This document shows positions 35,801-48,984 of a stretch of 64,000 nucleotides of DNA, piece by piece. How positions within the stretch are numbered: the stretch's first letter is position 1; the number at the start of each line of letters is the position of its first letter. Source of the stretch: Octopus sinensis (taxonomy: Eukaryota); NCBI RefSeq assembly GCF_006345805.1, contig NC_043004.1:97712001-97776000 (forward strand). The letters are read 5' to 3'. The translations under genes and the position numbers were made by a program. Below the pieces are notes generated by a model. That model worked only from the letters and a program-made list of their open reading frames with translations, made no database searches and was not told where the DNA came from.

Positions 35801-36229
35801 GTCTAAAAATTAAATGATGCAAAAAGCTAAGAAAATCGTTGCTTTCAGAAGTCTCAGCAGCTTAGACTGGACCAGACTTTTTGTCTCTGGTACGTGGTGC
35901 TCTATAGGATTATATACAAGTGCTGATTACACTAGACATGTATGAGACAAAAAACTTTGTAAGGAATGGCTCTACTCTATTTATCGAGTGTGTTCCTCTA
36001 TTGACTCTCTGATCAGTACAGTAAGACAGTGAAATGTCCATTGTTAAGCAGTCGTGGTTTTACTGGAAAATGGCAAAAATTTGTAATTGAATAGTTTGGT
36101 AAATGTGTGTGGTCTGCTAATAAACCACTTTTTATTTAGCAATAGATATAACTGTAAATTGTTATGATCTATCTGCCTTTATATATCTATGAGTATACAT
36201 ATAAATGGATGGCTGTATGAATATATGTA

Positions 36230-36800
36230 TGTTCTTTTCTGTTTCAGTTCTTTCTTTGAGGAAGAAGCTGGTTTTTAACAAAGATGCAATGCTTCATCAC
36301 TGGAAAGTAAATAACAAAAAAAAAGAAAATCACATTTTAAACTTGAGTAAAGTCTTGCATATTTTTACTGTTTCACTTACAGATTGTTTTGTAATGTATA
36401 AGTTATTTGGTTGATGTATTTTTCTGAAAACCCTAGCTCATCCAGATTGTTACTTCGCATTTATTCACAAAAAAAGTGAACCAATAATGTGAATTTGTAA
36501 TTTGGATATAGAGGCAGAAAGTTTCAAGGCAGTTGTCCATAATTATGCTCTTTCTCTTTGGTTTCCAAAGAGATATTCAGATCAGCAGAAACACTGACCT
36601 CTATGATAGTATATACCTTCTTTGTGTGTTTCAAACAACAGTATCCACCTGTTATGTTTACTCACAACAGCTGTTTTGATGGGAATGTTCCACCAGTGTT
36701 TCTTGTGTTCTTATTTGCGTACATATACAATAACAGAGTAATTCTGTATATTTATTCCAGGAGAGTCTTTCTTCTGACTAGCATTGTATATTGTTTTTGC
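36230..36800 (-). mobile_element. R4/Dong-like RLE 3' portion (decayed)
   Basis: Reverse complement aligns with 15500-15897: K.WWNIPIKTAV...IIEVSVSADLNISLE.KEKE.NYG...LGFSE...VKICKTLLKFKM. Confidence 0.75.
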
Positions 36801-36929
36801 AACTATGTATGTTTGTATCTATGTAGGTACGTACATGAGAAGACATGTCTAGCTAAGAAACAGCATGGTTGTCCTTGCATACAGGCATACAAGCTACTGT
36901 AGCTTCTAAGCTGAAGGGAAGACAGCATG

Positions 36930-37140
36930 TTCTTTGTCTATCTCCTTACCTTCTTGGAGGTTTTAGGCAAAATTATACTAATGTGTCCATCTGTTTTAAT
37001 TTAATTTAATTCTATGTCTTTATGCAGCTGAGGATTGCTCTGCATTTAAATTGATGTAATGATTGCATTGTTCAATTAAATAGAGTTGCTTGAAACGATC
37101 ATAGTGCATTACCTCTGGATATCCTTGTTGCTTATTTTGA
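36930..37140 (+). mobile_element. Third copy of the 14.6-kb pLTR-like unit, containing a hammerhead at 37022-37109
   Basis: AGCATGTTCTTTGTCTATCTCCTTA...ATGCAG-CTGAGGA-(57 nt)-GAAAC-GATC-ATA-GTGCAT...TTGTTGCTTATTTTGA-(TA)n. Confidence 0.8.
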
Positions 37141-37168
37141 TATATATATATTTATGTGATATATATAT

Positions 37169-37200
<32 letters not shown>

Positions 37201-37261
37201 ATATATATATAAAAGAAGTTGGAAAAACCACTATATAAGATGAATATTAATTTTCTTAGAG

Positions 37262-37308
37262 ATTTTACATGTTTCGATTCTTCTAGAAAAACGAACCTTA
37301 TCAAAAAT
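37262..37308 (-). ncRNA. Minimal hammerhead candidate with U3-A8 core
   Basis: ATTT-TTGATAA-GGTTCGTTTTTCTAGAAGAATC-GAAAC-AT-GTA-AAAT: stems I and II pair, palindrome ACATGT. Confidence 0.65.
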
Positions 37309-37579
37309 ATTTTAAAAAGTTAAGCGTAATAAAAAAGTTTCTAATTGTTTCTTACTAGTCTCAACAGAGTCCACGTGGTGGTGTTTTGTGGTGGGGGGAG
37401 CATAATGGCTGTCTTGTGCATTGACTAGAATCGTTGGCTGTTATCGTGAAAGTGACCAATGGTCATAGTAGTAGTAGTGACCGTGGTGGTGGCGGTGGTT
37501 GGAGTTGTAGCAGTAGTTCATAGGCTGTAGTGGTAGTAGCAGCAGCAGTGGAAGTGACTGCATTTCGAATATATATATG

Positions 37580-37619
<40 letters not shown>

Positions 37620-37622
<3 letters not shown>

Positions 37623-37772
37623 TCATCATCATCATCCTCATTTAACGTCCGTTCTCCATGCTAGCATGGGTTGGACGGTTCGACTGGGAATCTGGGAAGC
37701 CTGAAGGCTCATGTCTGATCTGGCAGTGTTTCTACAGCTGGATGCCCTTCCTAACGCCAACCACTCTGTGAG
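37620..37772 (-). mobile_element. Family C fragment
   Basis: (CAT)n-TTTAACGTCCGTTCTCCATGCTAGCATGGG...GGATGCCCTTCCTAACGCCAACC. Confidence 0.8.
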
Positions 37773-37803
37773 TTATATATTATATGTATATATATATATA
37801 TAT

Positions 37804-37836
<33 letters not shown>

Positions 37837-38044
37837 CGTATAAATATGTATTGTCTCCCTGGTTTTTTTACGTGCTAGGCCACTTGGTGTTAAACTGATG
37901 GTATATTAAATTAATATCTAATTTTTCACCCTCATTTATGAATATATATATATATATATATAACAAAGTGGAATTGTAAGGTACCACATGAGTGGAATTA
38001 TATACAAAAGAAGGTTTGAAAATGCAATTTTATTAGATGTTTAT

Positions 38045-38089
38045 TTACTTTACCGGTTTCCCTCTTTAGAAAAAGATTGTCAAAAGTAA
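38045..38089 (-). ncRNA. Minimal hammerhead candidate with U3-A8 core
   Basis: TTACTT-TTGACAA-TCTTTTTCTAAAGAGG-GAAAC-CG-GTA-AAGTAA: perfect 6-bp stem I, palindrome ACCGGT; stem II register imperfect. Confidence 0.6.
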
Positions 38090-38109
38090 CATGTAGAAGT
38101 TTGGTTGCG

Positions 38110-38560
38110 TTAATTATTGGTTGTCACAAAATGCTTTAATACATATATACAGTCTTTGGTAACAAAAAAAAGTTTAACAAGTTCAGGAAAATATTGGGCA
38201 TAAAAGATTCCAACATCAATATACATTCTCAAGAAAATATTAAAGTTGTTTCCAGAAGGAATTATTAAAAAGTTCAGTGGAATATTGGTATTGTATCTGT
38301 ATATTCTGTGCATGTATGAATTCAGCTCGGGTATGTGACGTTGATAAGCCACAAAAATCGTGAAACATTGATGTCCATTACTCTTGAATGGGATCTAGGT
38401 TAAGTTGTCTTACCTGTCTGTGATTTTCAGGTGTTTTAACACAAGGCATTTTGAAGGAGTCATCCCCACCATGTTAAATCCCAGTCTACTGGCAAACAAT
38501 CTAATCACATACATTGCGTAAATATTGTTGATAATGTTTAAATGAATATGCTATTTAATT
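38110..38560 (-). mobile_element. Decayed LINE ORF2 fragment, probably the CR1-group APE endonuclease region; homologous to 41440-41740
   Basis: The frame LPVDWD...TGKTT...VMDINVS...LINVTYP aligns with VMDINIS...LINITYP in the 41.5-kb copy, with synonymous or conservative changes. That copy is joined to a CR1 3' end. Confidence 0.45.
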
Positions 38561-38702
38561 AATTATGAAGTTAATTAATAATCAGCTAAACTGACTCAAG
38601 AACTGACAGTTCATGCTTTGGCACTTATCAACCCATGAACCCCTCAGCTCTTGTGTCACTCTGTAATGTTTACTAATTATCAATATAAAACATATATATA
38701 GG

Positions 38703-39115
38703 TACAGGAGTGACTGTATAGTAAATAGCTTGCTTACCAACCACATACTTCCAGGTTCAGTCCCACTGCATGGCAACTTAGGCAAGTGTCTTCTACTATA
38801 GCCTCAGGCTGACCAGAGCCTTGTGAATGGATTTGGTAGATGGAAACTGAAAGAAACATGTCGTATATATAGACATATACATATACAAATATATGTGTAT
38901 GTGTGTTTGTGTGCCTGTGTTTGTCCATGCACCATCGCTTGACAACCAATGTTGGTGTGTTTATGCCCCCGTAACTCAGCAGTTTGGCAAAAGAAACTGA
39001 TAGAATAACTACTAGGTATACAAAGAATAATTCCTGGGGGTTGATTTGTTCAACTAAAGGCAATGCTCCAGCATGGCCACAGTCAAATTACTGAAACAAA
39101 TAAGAGAATTAAAGA
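38703..39115 (+). mobile_element. SINE family B
   Basis: Near-complete, diverged. Confidence 0.8.
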
Positions 39116-39169
39116 ATATATACTAACGATCTGAATTCTATTTTTTCTGTTTGCATCACCAAATGTATA

Positions 39170-39275
39170 TAAATAAATATATATATAACTATATATATCA
39201 GCTTTAATAGATGTGTGTATGTGTGGATAAATACACATCACAATATATATATACCATATCCTATATATATATATA

Positions 39276-39322
<47 letters not shown>

Positions 39323-39912
39323 ATATACAAATCTATATTATATATATATATACATATATATATATAAATGTATATAAATATATATTACATATATGTGTGG
39401 GTGTGTTTGTATGTATATATATATATATATATATTATACACACACACATATATATGTGAGTGTGTGTGTTTCTATGTGTGATATTTCTGAGTTGTTTCAT
39501 ATGGAAAATGCAAGCAATCAATACATTTCATTGTGTGAATAAACTTGTTATAATAAAGGAGATAAATATTACTAGTTTTCCATAAATTAAGCTTCATGCT
39601 AAATAGTATATTTTTTCATAGGGATGTGATTTGCAATAAAAAAATTTTTCTGAGAAACCTCCACTCAAATCTCATCCATCAAAAGAATGTTCTACTTAGT
39701 ATGAAACCTACTTGTGCATTGTATGTGCATGTGCATGTGTGTGTGTTGTGTGTGTGTGTGTGTGTGTGTGTACATAATGTGTATATATATATAAATATAT
39801 ATACATATATACATACATATATATGTATATACATATATTTACATATATATACAACACATGCTCACAACACACACACACACACACATATCACATACATACA
39901 TACTAATATTTG

Positions 39913-39959
<47 letters not shown>

Positions 39960-40019
39960 TGTATATATGAATATATATACATATATGTTATATACATATA
40001 TGTATATGTTACTATATTA

Positions 40020-40053
<34 letters not shown>

Positions 40054-40604
40054 CACCCAATGAGTCTCTGTAAATAAACTTGTTTTATATCTAGCTAGCC
40101 AGCCAATGTCTGTGTCTATGTGTGTTTAAGCGTAAATTTACACATACACACAATCACACACACATACACACAACACACACACACACACACCACACAACAC
40201 ACAAACACTTCTATAAAATACTCTTTCTTTCATGTCTGCTTAGCACAATGTTAAATAGATATTTAACTTTTATTTTTGCCACTCGTTCTCCTCTTCCTTT
40301 TCTCAACCTCTTCCTTATTTCCATCATCATCAACGTCGTTATTTTTCTAATTGCATTTTTTTTTTTTGTTCTTCTTTTTTTCTTGCTTGTGTTTCTTCTA
40401 AAATGGAGACTTCCCAAATATTTGCACACATGCTAACAGATGTATTTTTGTACTTTATCACTTTCTCAGTATGGCTGTATTTGATGAATATTTCTTTAAG
40501 TGTGTAACAATAAATTTATATAAAAATGAAATAACACAAAATCTTTAACTTGTGCGAGTTTTCTTCTCTGTGTACATACATAAATGCTCACGTATGTGTG
40601 TGTG

Positions 40605-40638
<34 letters not shown>

Positions 40639-40658
40639 CATATACTATTATATATATA

Positions 40659-40697
<39 letters not shown>

Positions 40698-40830
40698 TAT
40701 ATATATACATATATATATACATATATATATATACAATATATATATGTACATATATATGTAAGTAAAAGAAGTACATACACATAGATACACACATTCACAC
40801 ACATGCACACTCTCTGTCTCACACACACAA
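39170..40830. repeat. Extended (TA)n/(CA)n/(TG)n low-complexity region
   Basis: Direct reading. Confidence 0.85.
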
Positions 40831-41099
40831 ACACCTGTATTAAAATATGAAACAGGAGCAGCACTAGCGTAATAAATATACCTAATGTATGTTCGTGCAT
40901 TTGCAGGTAGGCTGCGATTTGGTGTGGTGCAGAATACTCTCTCTGAAAACGCCTGCTGTTAAAACACAAGTGAGATAACCAGCTCTAATCCCATGTTGAA
41001 GTGATGGCTATTGATGCCTCGACACTATTGTGGCTTATTAGTATCTCATACCCAATGTTGATCACATCAGCTTCAGTTTCTGCTTCCGTGTCATTTTTA

Positions 41100-41750
41100 T
41101 TTTTATTTTTATTTTTATCTAGTTTCAGCTCATGAGCTGTGGCCATGCTGGGGCACCGCCATTTGGTGTTGCTACAGGATTTTACTTCACGAATGCTTTT
41201 TAGCAAATGCCATTTGGTGCATGAGCGAGTTCAATGCAGCTGCCCTCATCTGCACCTCCTGCCGTGAAGTTGGTTCATCTGGGACACCTGACAGGAAGAG
41301 ATCCAGTTCCATTTTAAAGACATCTGCATCCACCCCATGCAGGTCTCTCAGGTTCTTTGGGAGGATGTTGAAGAGCTGTGGGCCTCTGAAGCCCAGGCTT
41401 CAGGCTTCAAATTTATTTGTAATTGTGCATTATCCAGCTATGCCCCCACATAGATTTTATGCTATATGCATAGAAGTTGCGGACTGGCGAAATGATTTAT
41501 CTCTGATCCTGTTTGGGTATGTAATGTTGATAAGTCACGAAAGCGGTGAGATATTGATGTCCATCACTCCTAGAATGGATTGAAGCTGAGTTATCTCACC
41601 TGTCCATGACATTCAGGTGTTTTAAATCCTGCTGCTTCCTGAGAGTATTCTCCATCATGCCAAATCATAGACTACTGGCATATACAGAAAGAATATACAT
41701 TAAGAATATGTGGTTGAAGTTGATATATATAGATATATTATCTTTTATCT
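41100..41750 (-). mobile_element. CR1-group LINE remnant: putative APE segment joined to the 3' end (internal deletion)
   Basis: SLGFRGPQLFNILPK...DVFKMELDLFLSGVPDEPTSRQEVQMRAAALNSL, shared with 55262-55570 and 61145-61520. Confidence 0.75.
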
Positions 41751-42300
41751 CTTATTATCTTTTATACTTGTTTCAATCATTAGACTGCAGCCATGCCTTG
41801 AAGAAATCAACTCCAGGAGGTTTTTTTTTTAAGTCAGGTACTTATGCTATCAGTCTCTTGCTGAACCACTAACTTAAGGGGACACACCAACACTGCTTCT
41901 CAAGCAGTAGCAGGGGACAAATACACACACACACACATACATACTATGACTGTCTTTCAGTTTCTCTCTACCAAATCCACTCACAAGGCTTTGGCCAGCA
42001 CAAGGCTATTGTAGAAGACACTTGCCCAAGCTGCTATGCAGTAGGACTGATCCCAGAACCATGTGGTTGGGAAGCAAGCTTCCTACCATACAGCCTCCCT
42101 CCACTGCTCAACCAATATGTATATATATGGCAATAGGAAGGGCATCCAGCTGTAGAAACCACGCCAAATCAGCCTGGAGTTTGGTGCAGCCCCCAAAACT
42201 TACCAGCCCTGGTCAAACCATCCAACCCATCCTGGCATAGATAACAGATGCTAAATAATGAGAATGATGATGATGATGATAATTATGATGATGATGATAT
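41735..42300. mobile_element. SINE B (41735-42095, minus) and family C fragment (42125-42300, plus)
   Basis: Diagnostic motifs of each family. Confidence 0.7.
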
Positions 42301-42366
42301 AGATAGATAAATAAATATATGTATATATATGTGTGTGTGTGTATATATATATATATAATATATATT

Positions 42367-43078
<712 letters not shown>

Positions 43079-43560
43079 CAATAGACAGATAGATAGATAG
43101 ATAGATAGGTAGGTAGGTAGATAGAAAGATAGATAGATGGAAATGTGCCTGCCTTTGTATATGTGTGTACATATCTCTGTTAATATGGTGGTTTAGCTGA
43201 ACCTTTAAAAATCACAGCAAATGTCTAGGATTACAATAGTGAGAAAGCACCCCCAGAACCCACCTATGTTCCTAGATTATATGTTAGCTCTGTTATTTAC
43301 CGGAATAATCTATGGCATCATGCAACAGTGACATGCTGTGAATTGTGTCAAACACTGAACATGTTATTAAATCCTTGCTGCATATCTAAATATCTTGGAA
43401 CTGTCATTCAGTAAGTTTACCCTTCCATAACTGTTTCCATGCTATAGAGAGACAAACGCTATTGTACATATGCATCATGCATGTACATATACTCATAGAC
43501 ATAAACCCACATCCCTTGTATAAACCACCCACGCATTTAAATCATACAAATATCAATGAT

Positions 43561-43780
43561 TATAAGGTTGATATCACATACGTATACACACATGCATCAA
43601 TGAATGCACAAACATGTTCAGAAGCATATATGCATACATACACACAAACACATATACATACACACGTGTATAAGGTTGATATCACATACATATACACACA
43701 TGCATCAATGAATGCACAAACATGCTCAGAAGCATATATATACATACACACACACAAACACATATACATACACACGTGTA
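43561..43780 (+). repeat. 108-bp tandem duplication
   Basis: TAAGGTTGATATCACATAC.TATACACACATGCATCAATGAATGCACAAACATG starts at 43563 and 43671. Confidence 0.9.
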
Positions 43781-44182
43781 TATATTATAAACACGTATAT
43801 ACATGTATTATGTACACACAAATACACATACAGACACACACACACACACACATACACGCACATATATTATACTCTCAAATACACATGTGTGCAATTTCTT
43901 ACAAACACTAATACAAACATGCTTAGGAATAACTGGTTTTGTACATGCACGCGTTCATAGAAGTGTAAATGGATCTCTGTCAGTTTCAGCGATGAATAGT
44001 CAGTTGTTTGTTCAACTGAACTCCCTGATCATTGAATTGGAAAATATATGGCTGGATATTTAATGGACAGATGTACTCTGAATGGAATTCTAAGACGGAA
44101 TTAGCATGGTGCAGTGTGACTAGCTTGGATCTTTAAATTGCAGTTGCTATCCATCCATGAATTCTACCAGTTTTCTGAGATT

Positions 44183-44401
44183 ACTCTTACTCTTTACTCT
44201 TTTACTTGTTTCAGTCATTTGACTGTGGCCATGCTAGAGCACCGCCTTTAGTCGAGCAAATCGACCCCAGGACTTATTCTTTGTAAGCCCAGTACTTATT
44301 TTATCGGTCTATTTTGCCGAACTGCTAAATGACGGCGACATAAACACACCAGCATCGGTTGTCAAGCAATGCTAGACAGACAAACACAGACACACAAACA
44401 T

Positions 44402-44437
<36 letters not shown>

Positions 44438-45305
44438 CGGACTTCTTTCAGTTTCCGTCTACCAAATCCACTCACAAGGCTTTGGTCGGCCCGAGGCTAT
44501 AGTAGTAGACACTTGCCCAACATGCCACGCAGTAGGACTGAACCCGGAACCATGTGGCTGGTAAGCAAGCTACATACCACACAGCCACACCTTGTTGAAA
44601 TTAACGAAATTGAGAGTTGGCTTCCATGTCTTAAGATTGCTATCTTAACTTTGGTAAGATATCACTTATAGAACAATGATTCTATGAAGTTTTGTGTCAA
44701 GATTTAAATGTCATGCCAGCTACAGGAGTAAGTCAAATAAGAGTGATTGGGGGAAGATGTTACATGTAAGGTGAATGAGTCTGGCTACAGAGAAGATGCT
44801 ACATTGTGAAAAATGTATCCCCAAATCTAAGATTCCTTATCAAGGACAGAAAGCTTTTCAATTACTGAACCATATGCAAAATTCCAGTATGTTGGACATT
44901 AAGTATTGTTCACATGTATTGGGTAATATTGTGGCTATACAGATAAACTTTCCAGAATTCATCCCCTCACTGGCAATGGTTCAGCAGCAACTTACAACTA
45001 TCAACTGACAAATGCTGTGCATTTTTCTTTAATTCAAATTCTTTTCAGCATTGGCTGTAATAAGTTCTGCTTCTCTTAACTTTACTCTTTACTCTTTTAC
45101 ATTGTTTCAGTCATTTGAACGTGGCTATGCTGGAGCACCATCTTTAATCGAGCAAATCGACCCCAGGACTTATTCTTTGTAAGCCTTATTTTATCGGTCT
45201 CTTTTGCCGAACCGCTAAGTTACGGGGACATAAACACACCAGCATCGGATATCAAGCAATGTTGTTGGGACAAACACAGACACACAAACACACACATACA
45301 CACAT
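44183..45305 (-). mobile_element. Two SINE family B copies (44183-44588 full; 45083-45305 3' half)
   Basis: Reverse complement of the family B sequence. Confidence 0.8.
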
Positions 45306-45310
45306 ATATA

Positions 45311-47882
45311 TCATCATCATCATCATCATTTAACGTCCGCTTTCCATGCTAGCATGGGTTGGACGGTTCAACTGGGGTCTGGGGAGCCCGAAAGCTGCAC
45401 CAGTCCAGTCAGATCTGGCAGTGTTTCTACAGCTGGATGCCCATCCTAACGCCAACCACTCCGAGAGTGTAGTGGGTGATTTTATGTGCCACCGACACAG
45501 GTGCCAGACGAGGCTGGCAGATGGCCACGCTCGGATGGTGTTTTTATGTGCCACCGACACAGGTGCCAGATGAGGCTGGCAAACGGCCACGATCGGATGG
45601 TGTTTGTTACGTGCCCTCAGCACGGAGGCCAGTCGATGCGGTACTGGCTACGGCCACGTTCGGATGGTTTTCTTGTGTGCCACGTGCCACCGGCACTGGT
45701 ACCACAAAGATACAATTTCCATTGATGTTCATCTATTTTGATTTGTTTTGATTTTCACTTGCCTCAACAGGTCTTCACAAGTGTCACAAGAAGGAAGGTA
45801 TGCACAGGTGGACTGACTACGTCCCAGGTAGGGGCCACAGGTTATGGCCTGACTAGTCTTGCCGGGTCTTCGATGGTGTTTTTATGTGCCACCGACACAG
45901 GTGCCAGATGAGGCTGACGAACGGCCACGATCGGATGGTGTTTGTTACGTGCCCACAGCACGGAGGCAGTCGGTGCGGTACTGGCTACGGCCACGTTCGG
46001 ATGGTTTTCTTGTGTGCCACCGGCACTGGTACCACAAGATACAATTCCATTAAGTGTCATCTATTTTGATTTGTTTTGATTTGATTTGATTTGATTTGTT
46101 TTGATTTCATTTTGATTTTCACTTGCCTCAACGTTCGGATGGTTTTCTTGTGTGCCACGTGCCACCGGCACTGGTACCACAAAGATACAATTTCCATTGA
46201 TGTTCATCTATTTTGATTTGTTTTGATTTTCACTTGCCTCAACAGGTCTTCACAAGTATCACAGGAGGAAGGTATGCACAGGTGGACTGACTACGTCCCA
46301 GGTAGGGGCCATGGGATATGGCCTGACTAGTCTTGCGGGTCTTCGGATGGTGTTTTTATGTGCCACCGACACAGGTGCTAGATGAGGCTGGCGAACGGCC
46401 ACGATCGGATGGTGTTTGTTATGTGCCCACAGCACGATGGCCAGTCGATGCGGTACTGACTACGGCCACGTTCAGATGGATTTCTTGTGTGCCACAGGCA
46501 CTGGTACCACAAAGATACAAATTCCATTGATGTTCATCTATTTTGATTTGATTTGATTTGATTTTCACTTGCCTCAACAGGTCTTCACAAGTGTCACAAG
46601 AAGGAAAGTATGCACAGGTGGACTGACTATGTCCCAGGTAGGGGCCATGGGTTATGGCCTGACTAGTCTTGCCGGGTCTTCGGATGGTGTTTTTATGTGC
46701 CACCGACACAGGTGCTAGATGAGGCTGGCGAACGGCCACGATCGGATGGTGTTTGTCATGTGCCCACAGCACGGAAGCCAGTCAATGCGGTACTGGCTAC
46801 GGCCACTTTCGGATGGTTTTCTCTTGTGTGCCACCGGCACTGGTACCACAAAGATACAATTCCATTGATGTTCATCTATTTTGATTTGTTTTGATTTTGA
46901 TTTTGATTTTCACTTGCCTCAACAGGCCTTCACAAGTATCACAAGGAGGAAGGTATGCACAGGTGGACTGACTACGTCCCAGGTAGGGGCCATGGGTTAT
47001 GGCCTGACTAGTCTTGCCGGGTCTTCGGATGGTGTTTTTATGTGCCACTGACACAGGTGCTAGATGAGGCTGGCGAACGGCACGATCGGATGGTGTTTGT
47101 TACGTGCCCTCAGCACGGAGGCCAGTCGATGCGGTATGGGCACGGCCACGTTCGGATGGTTTTTTTTTTGTTGCCACAGGCACTGGTACCACAAAGATAC
47201 AAATTCCATTGATGTTCATCTATTTTGATTTGTTTTGATTTTCACTTGCCTCAACAGGTCTTTACAAGTGTCACAAGAAGGAAGGTATGTACAGGTGGAC
47301 TGACTATGTCCCAGGTAGGGGCCACGGGTTATGACCTGACTAGTCTTGCCGGGTCTTCGGATGGTGTTTTTATGTGCCACCATGTTCCCACAGCACGGAG
47401 GCCAGTCGATGCGGTACTGGCTACGGCCACGTTCGGATGGTTTTCTTGTGTGCCACAGGCACTGGTACCACAAAGATACAAATTCCATTGATGTTCATCT
47501 ATTTTGATTGATTTTCACTTGCCTCAGCAGGTCTTCACAAGTGTCACAAGAAGGAAGGTATGCACAGGTGGATTGACTACGTCCCAGGCAGGGGCCACGG
47601 GATATGGCCTGACTAGTCCTGCCGGGTCCTCTCATGCACAGCACACTTCCATAGGACTCGGTCTTCAGTCATTTCCTTGGTGAGACCTAAAGTTCGAAGG
47701 TCGTGCTTCACCACCTCGTCCCAGGTTTTCCTGGGTCTACCTCTTCCACAGGTTCCCTCAACTGCTAGGGTGTAGCACTTTTGCACACAACTATCTTCAG
47801 CCATTCTCGTCACATGACCATACCAACGCAGCCGTCTCTCTTGCACACCACAACTGACACTTCTTAGGTTCAACTTTTCTCT
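45311..47882 (-). mobile_element. 5'-truncated RTE LINE: ORF C-terminus (47613-47882), six tandem copies of a ~270-470-bp 3' UTR unit, then a terminal family C segment with (GAT)n tail
   Basis: ERRLRWYGHVTRMAEDSCV...GTCGRGRPRKTWDEVVKHDLR...EDRVLWK...RTRQD*. The unit marker GACTAGTC(T/C)TGC recurs at 45851, 46325, 46661, 47006, 47338 and 47611. Confidence 0.9.
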
Positions 47883-47934
47883 CAAATATATATATATATA
47901 TAATATATATATATATATATACACATATATACAA

Positions 47935-48945
47935 TGGGCTTCTTTCAGTTTCCATCTCCCAAATCCACTCACAAGGCTTTGGTCGGCCTGAGGCTATAGT
48001 AGAAGACACTTGTCCAAGGTGCCATGCAGTGGGACTGAACCCAGAACCATGTGGTTCGTAAGCAAGCTACTTAACACACAGCCACTCCACTCTTAACTAA
48101 CAATTTACTTGTTGTTTCTAGCAAATGTTTTGTATATGTTAAAAGAATTTCAGCCTCCCTGTATTAGGAACATACATGTCAGTTGCAGCCAAGCCTCCCT
48201 AAAGCACTAATTTATTTCTATTATATCATCCATATGTTAGTTCATCATCTCAAACACAACACTAAACATCTTCTTAACTCTTCATTGCCAGAATCACTGA
48301 CATTATAATCATCACCATCTAGTGTCTAACGATATGCTCAATAATGATGACGATGATGTTGACAATGAGACAAGAGAAGAAGATAGTAGGGGATCTTATT
48401 ATGTCAATAGTCATTAGCCTTATAGAACACCATATCAAAAAATAAACTGCTTGCCCTCATCTCTATAGGCCATGATATTATCTGTTTCTCTCATCTAACC
48501 AAATATTGGTTGGTTTCGAATTTTGGTACATCATCATCATCATCATCATTTAACGTCCGCTTTCCATGCTAGCATGGGTTGGGCGGTTCAACTGGGGTCT
48601 AGGAAGCCTGAAGGCTGCACCAGGCCTGTCAGATCTGGCAGTGTTTCTACAGCTGGATGCCCTTCCTAACGCCAACCAATCCGTGAGTGTAGTGGGTGCT
48701 TTTTATGTGCCACCGACACAGGTGCCAGACGAGGCTGGCGAATGGCCACGCTCGGATGATGTTTTTGTGTTATGTGCCACCAACACAGGTGCCAGACGAG
48801 GCTGGCAAACGGCCACGCTCGGATGGTGTTTTTTTATGTGCCACTGACACAGGTGCCAGACGAGGTTGGCGAACTGCCACGCTCGGATGGTGATTTTTAT
48901 GTGCCACCGGCACGGAGGCCAGGCGAGCCTGGCACGGCGACAGCA
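47935..48945 (-). mobile_element. SINE B 5' half (47935-48090) and family C copy with four ~59-bp subrepeats (48530-48945)
   Basis: The unit TATGTGCCACC.ACACAGGTGCCAGACGAGGCTGGC.AA.GGCCACGCTCGGATG is repeated. Confidence 0.8.
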
Positions 48946-48984
48946 ATTTCAGGAGAAGTGGGTTAGTCAATAATATTGACTGCA

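Noticed and set aside
35848-35888. 41-nt plus-strand exon-like segment (also 40907-40969, 50272-50297, 58343-58390)
   Set aside because: The splice signals are plausible, but the peptides are unrecognisable and the joins I tested give stops.
38110-38560. GIY-YIG endonuclease upstream of the 38045 hammerhead
   Set aside because: Comparison with the 41.5-kb homologue favours a different frame (VMDIN...LINxTYP), and that copy is linked to a CR1 3' end.
39555-39605. AAAAC-TA-GTA palindrome on the minus strand
   Set aside because: G12 is missing, the core is incomplete and there are no convincing stems.
44740-45010. Possible Merlin/IS1016-like transposase relic
   Set aside because: Only vague motif resemblance across several frames.
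45480-47640. Repeat array as a possible CRISPR-like locus
   Set aside because: The units are long homologous copies with no unique spacers, they derive from an RTE 3' UTR, and the context is eukaryotic.
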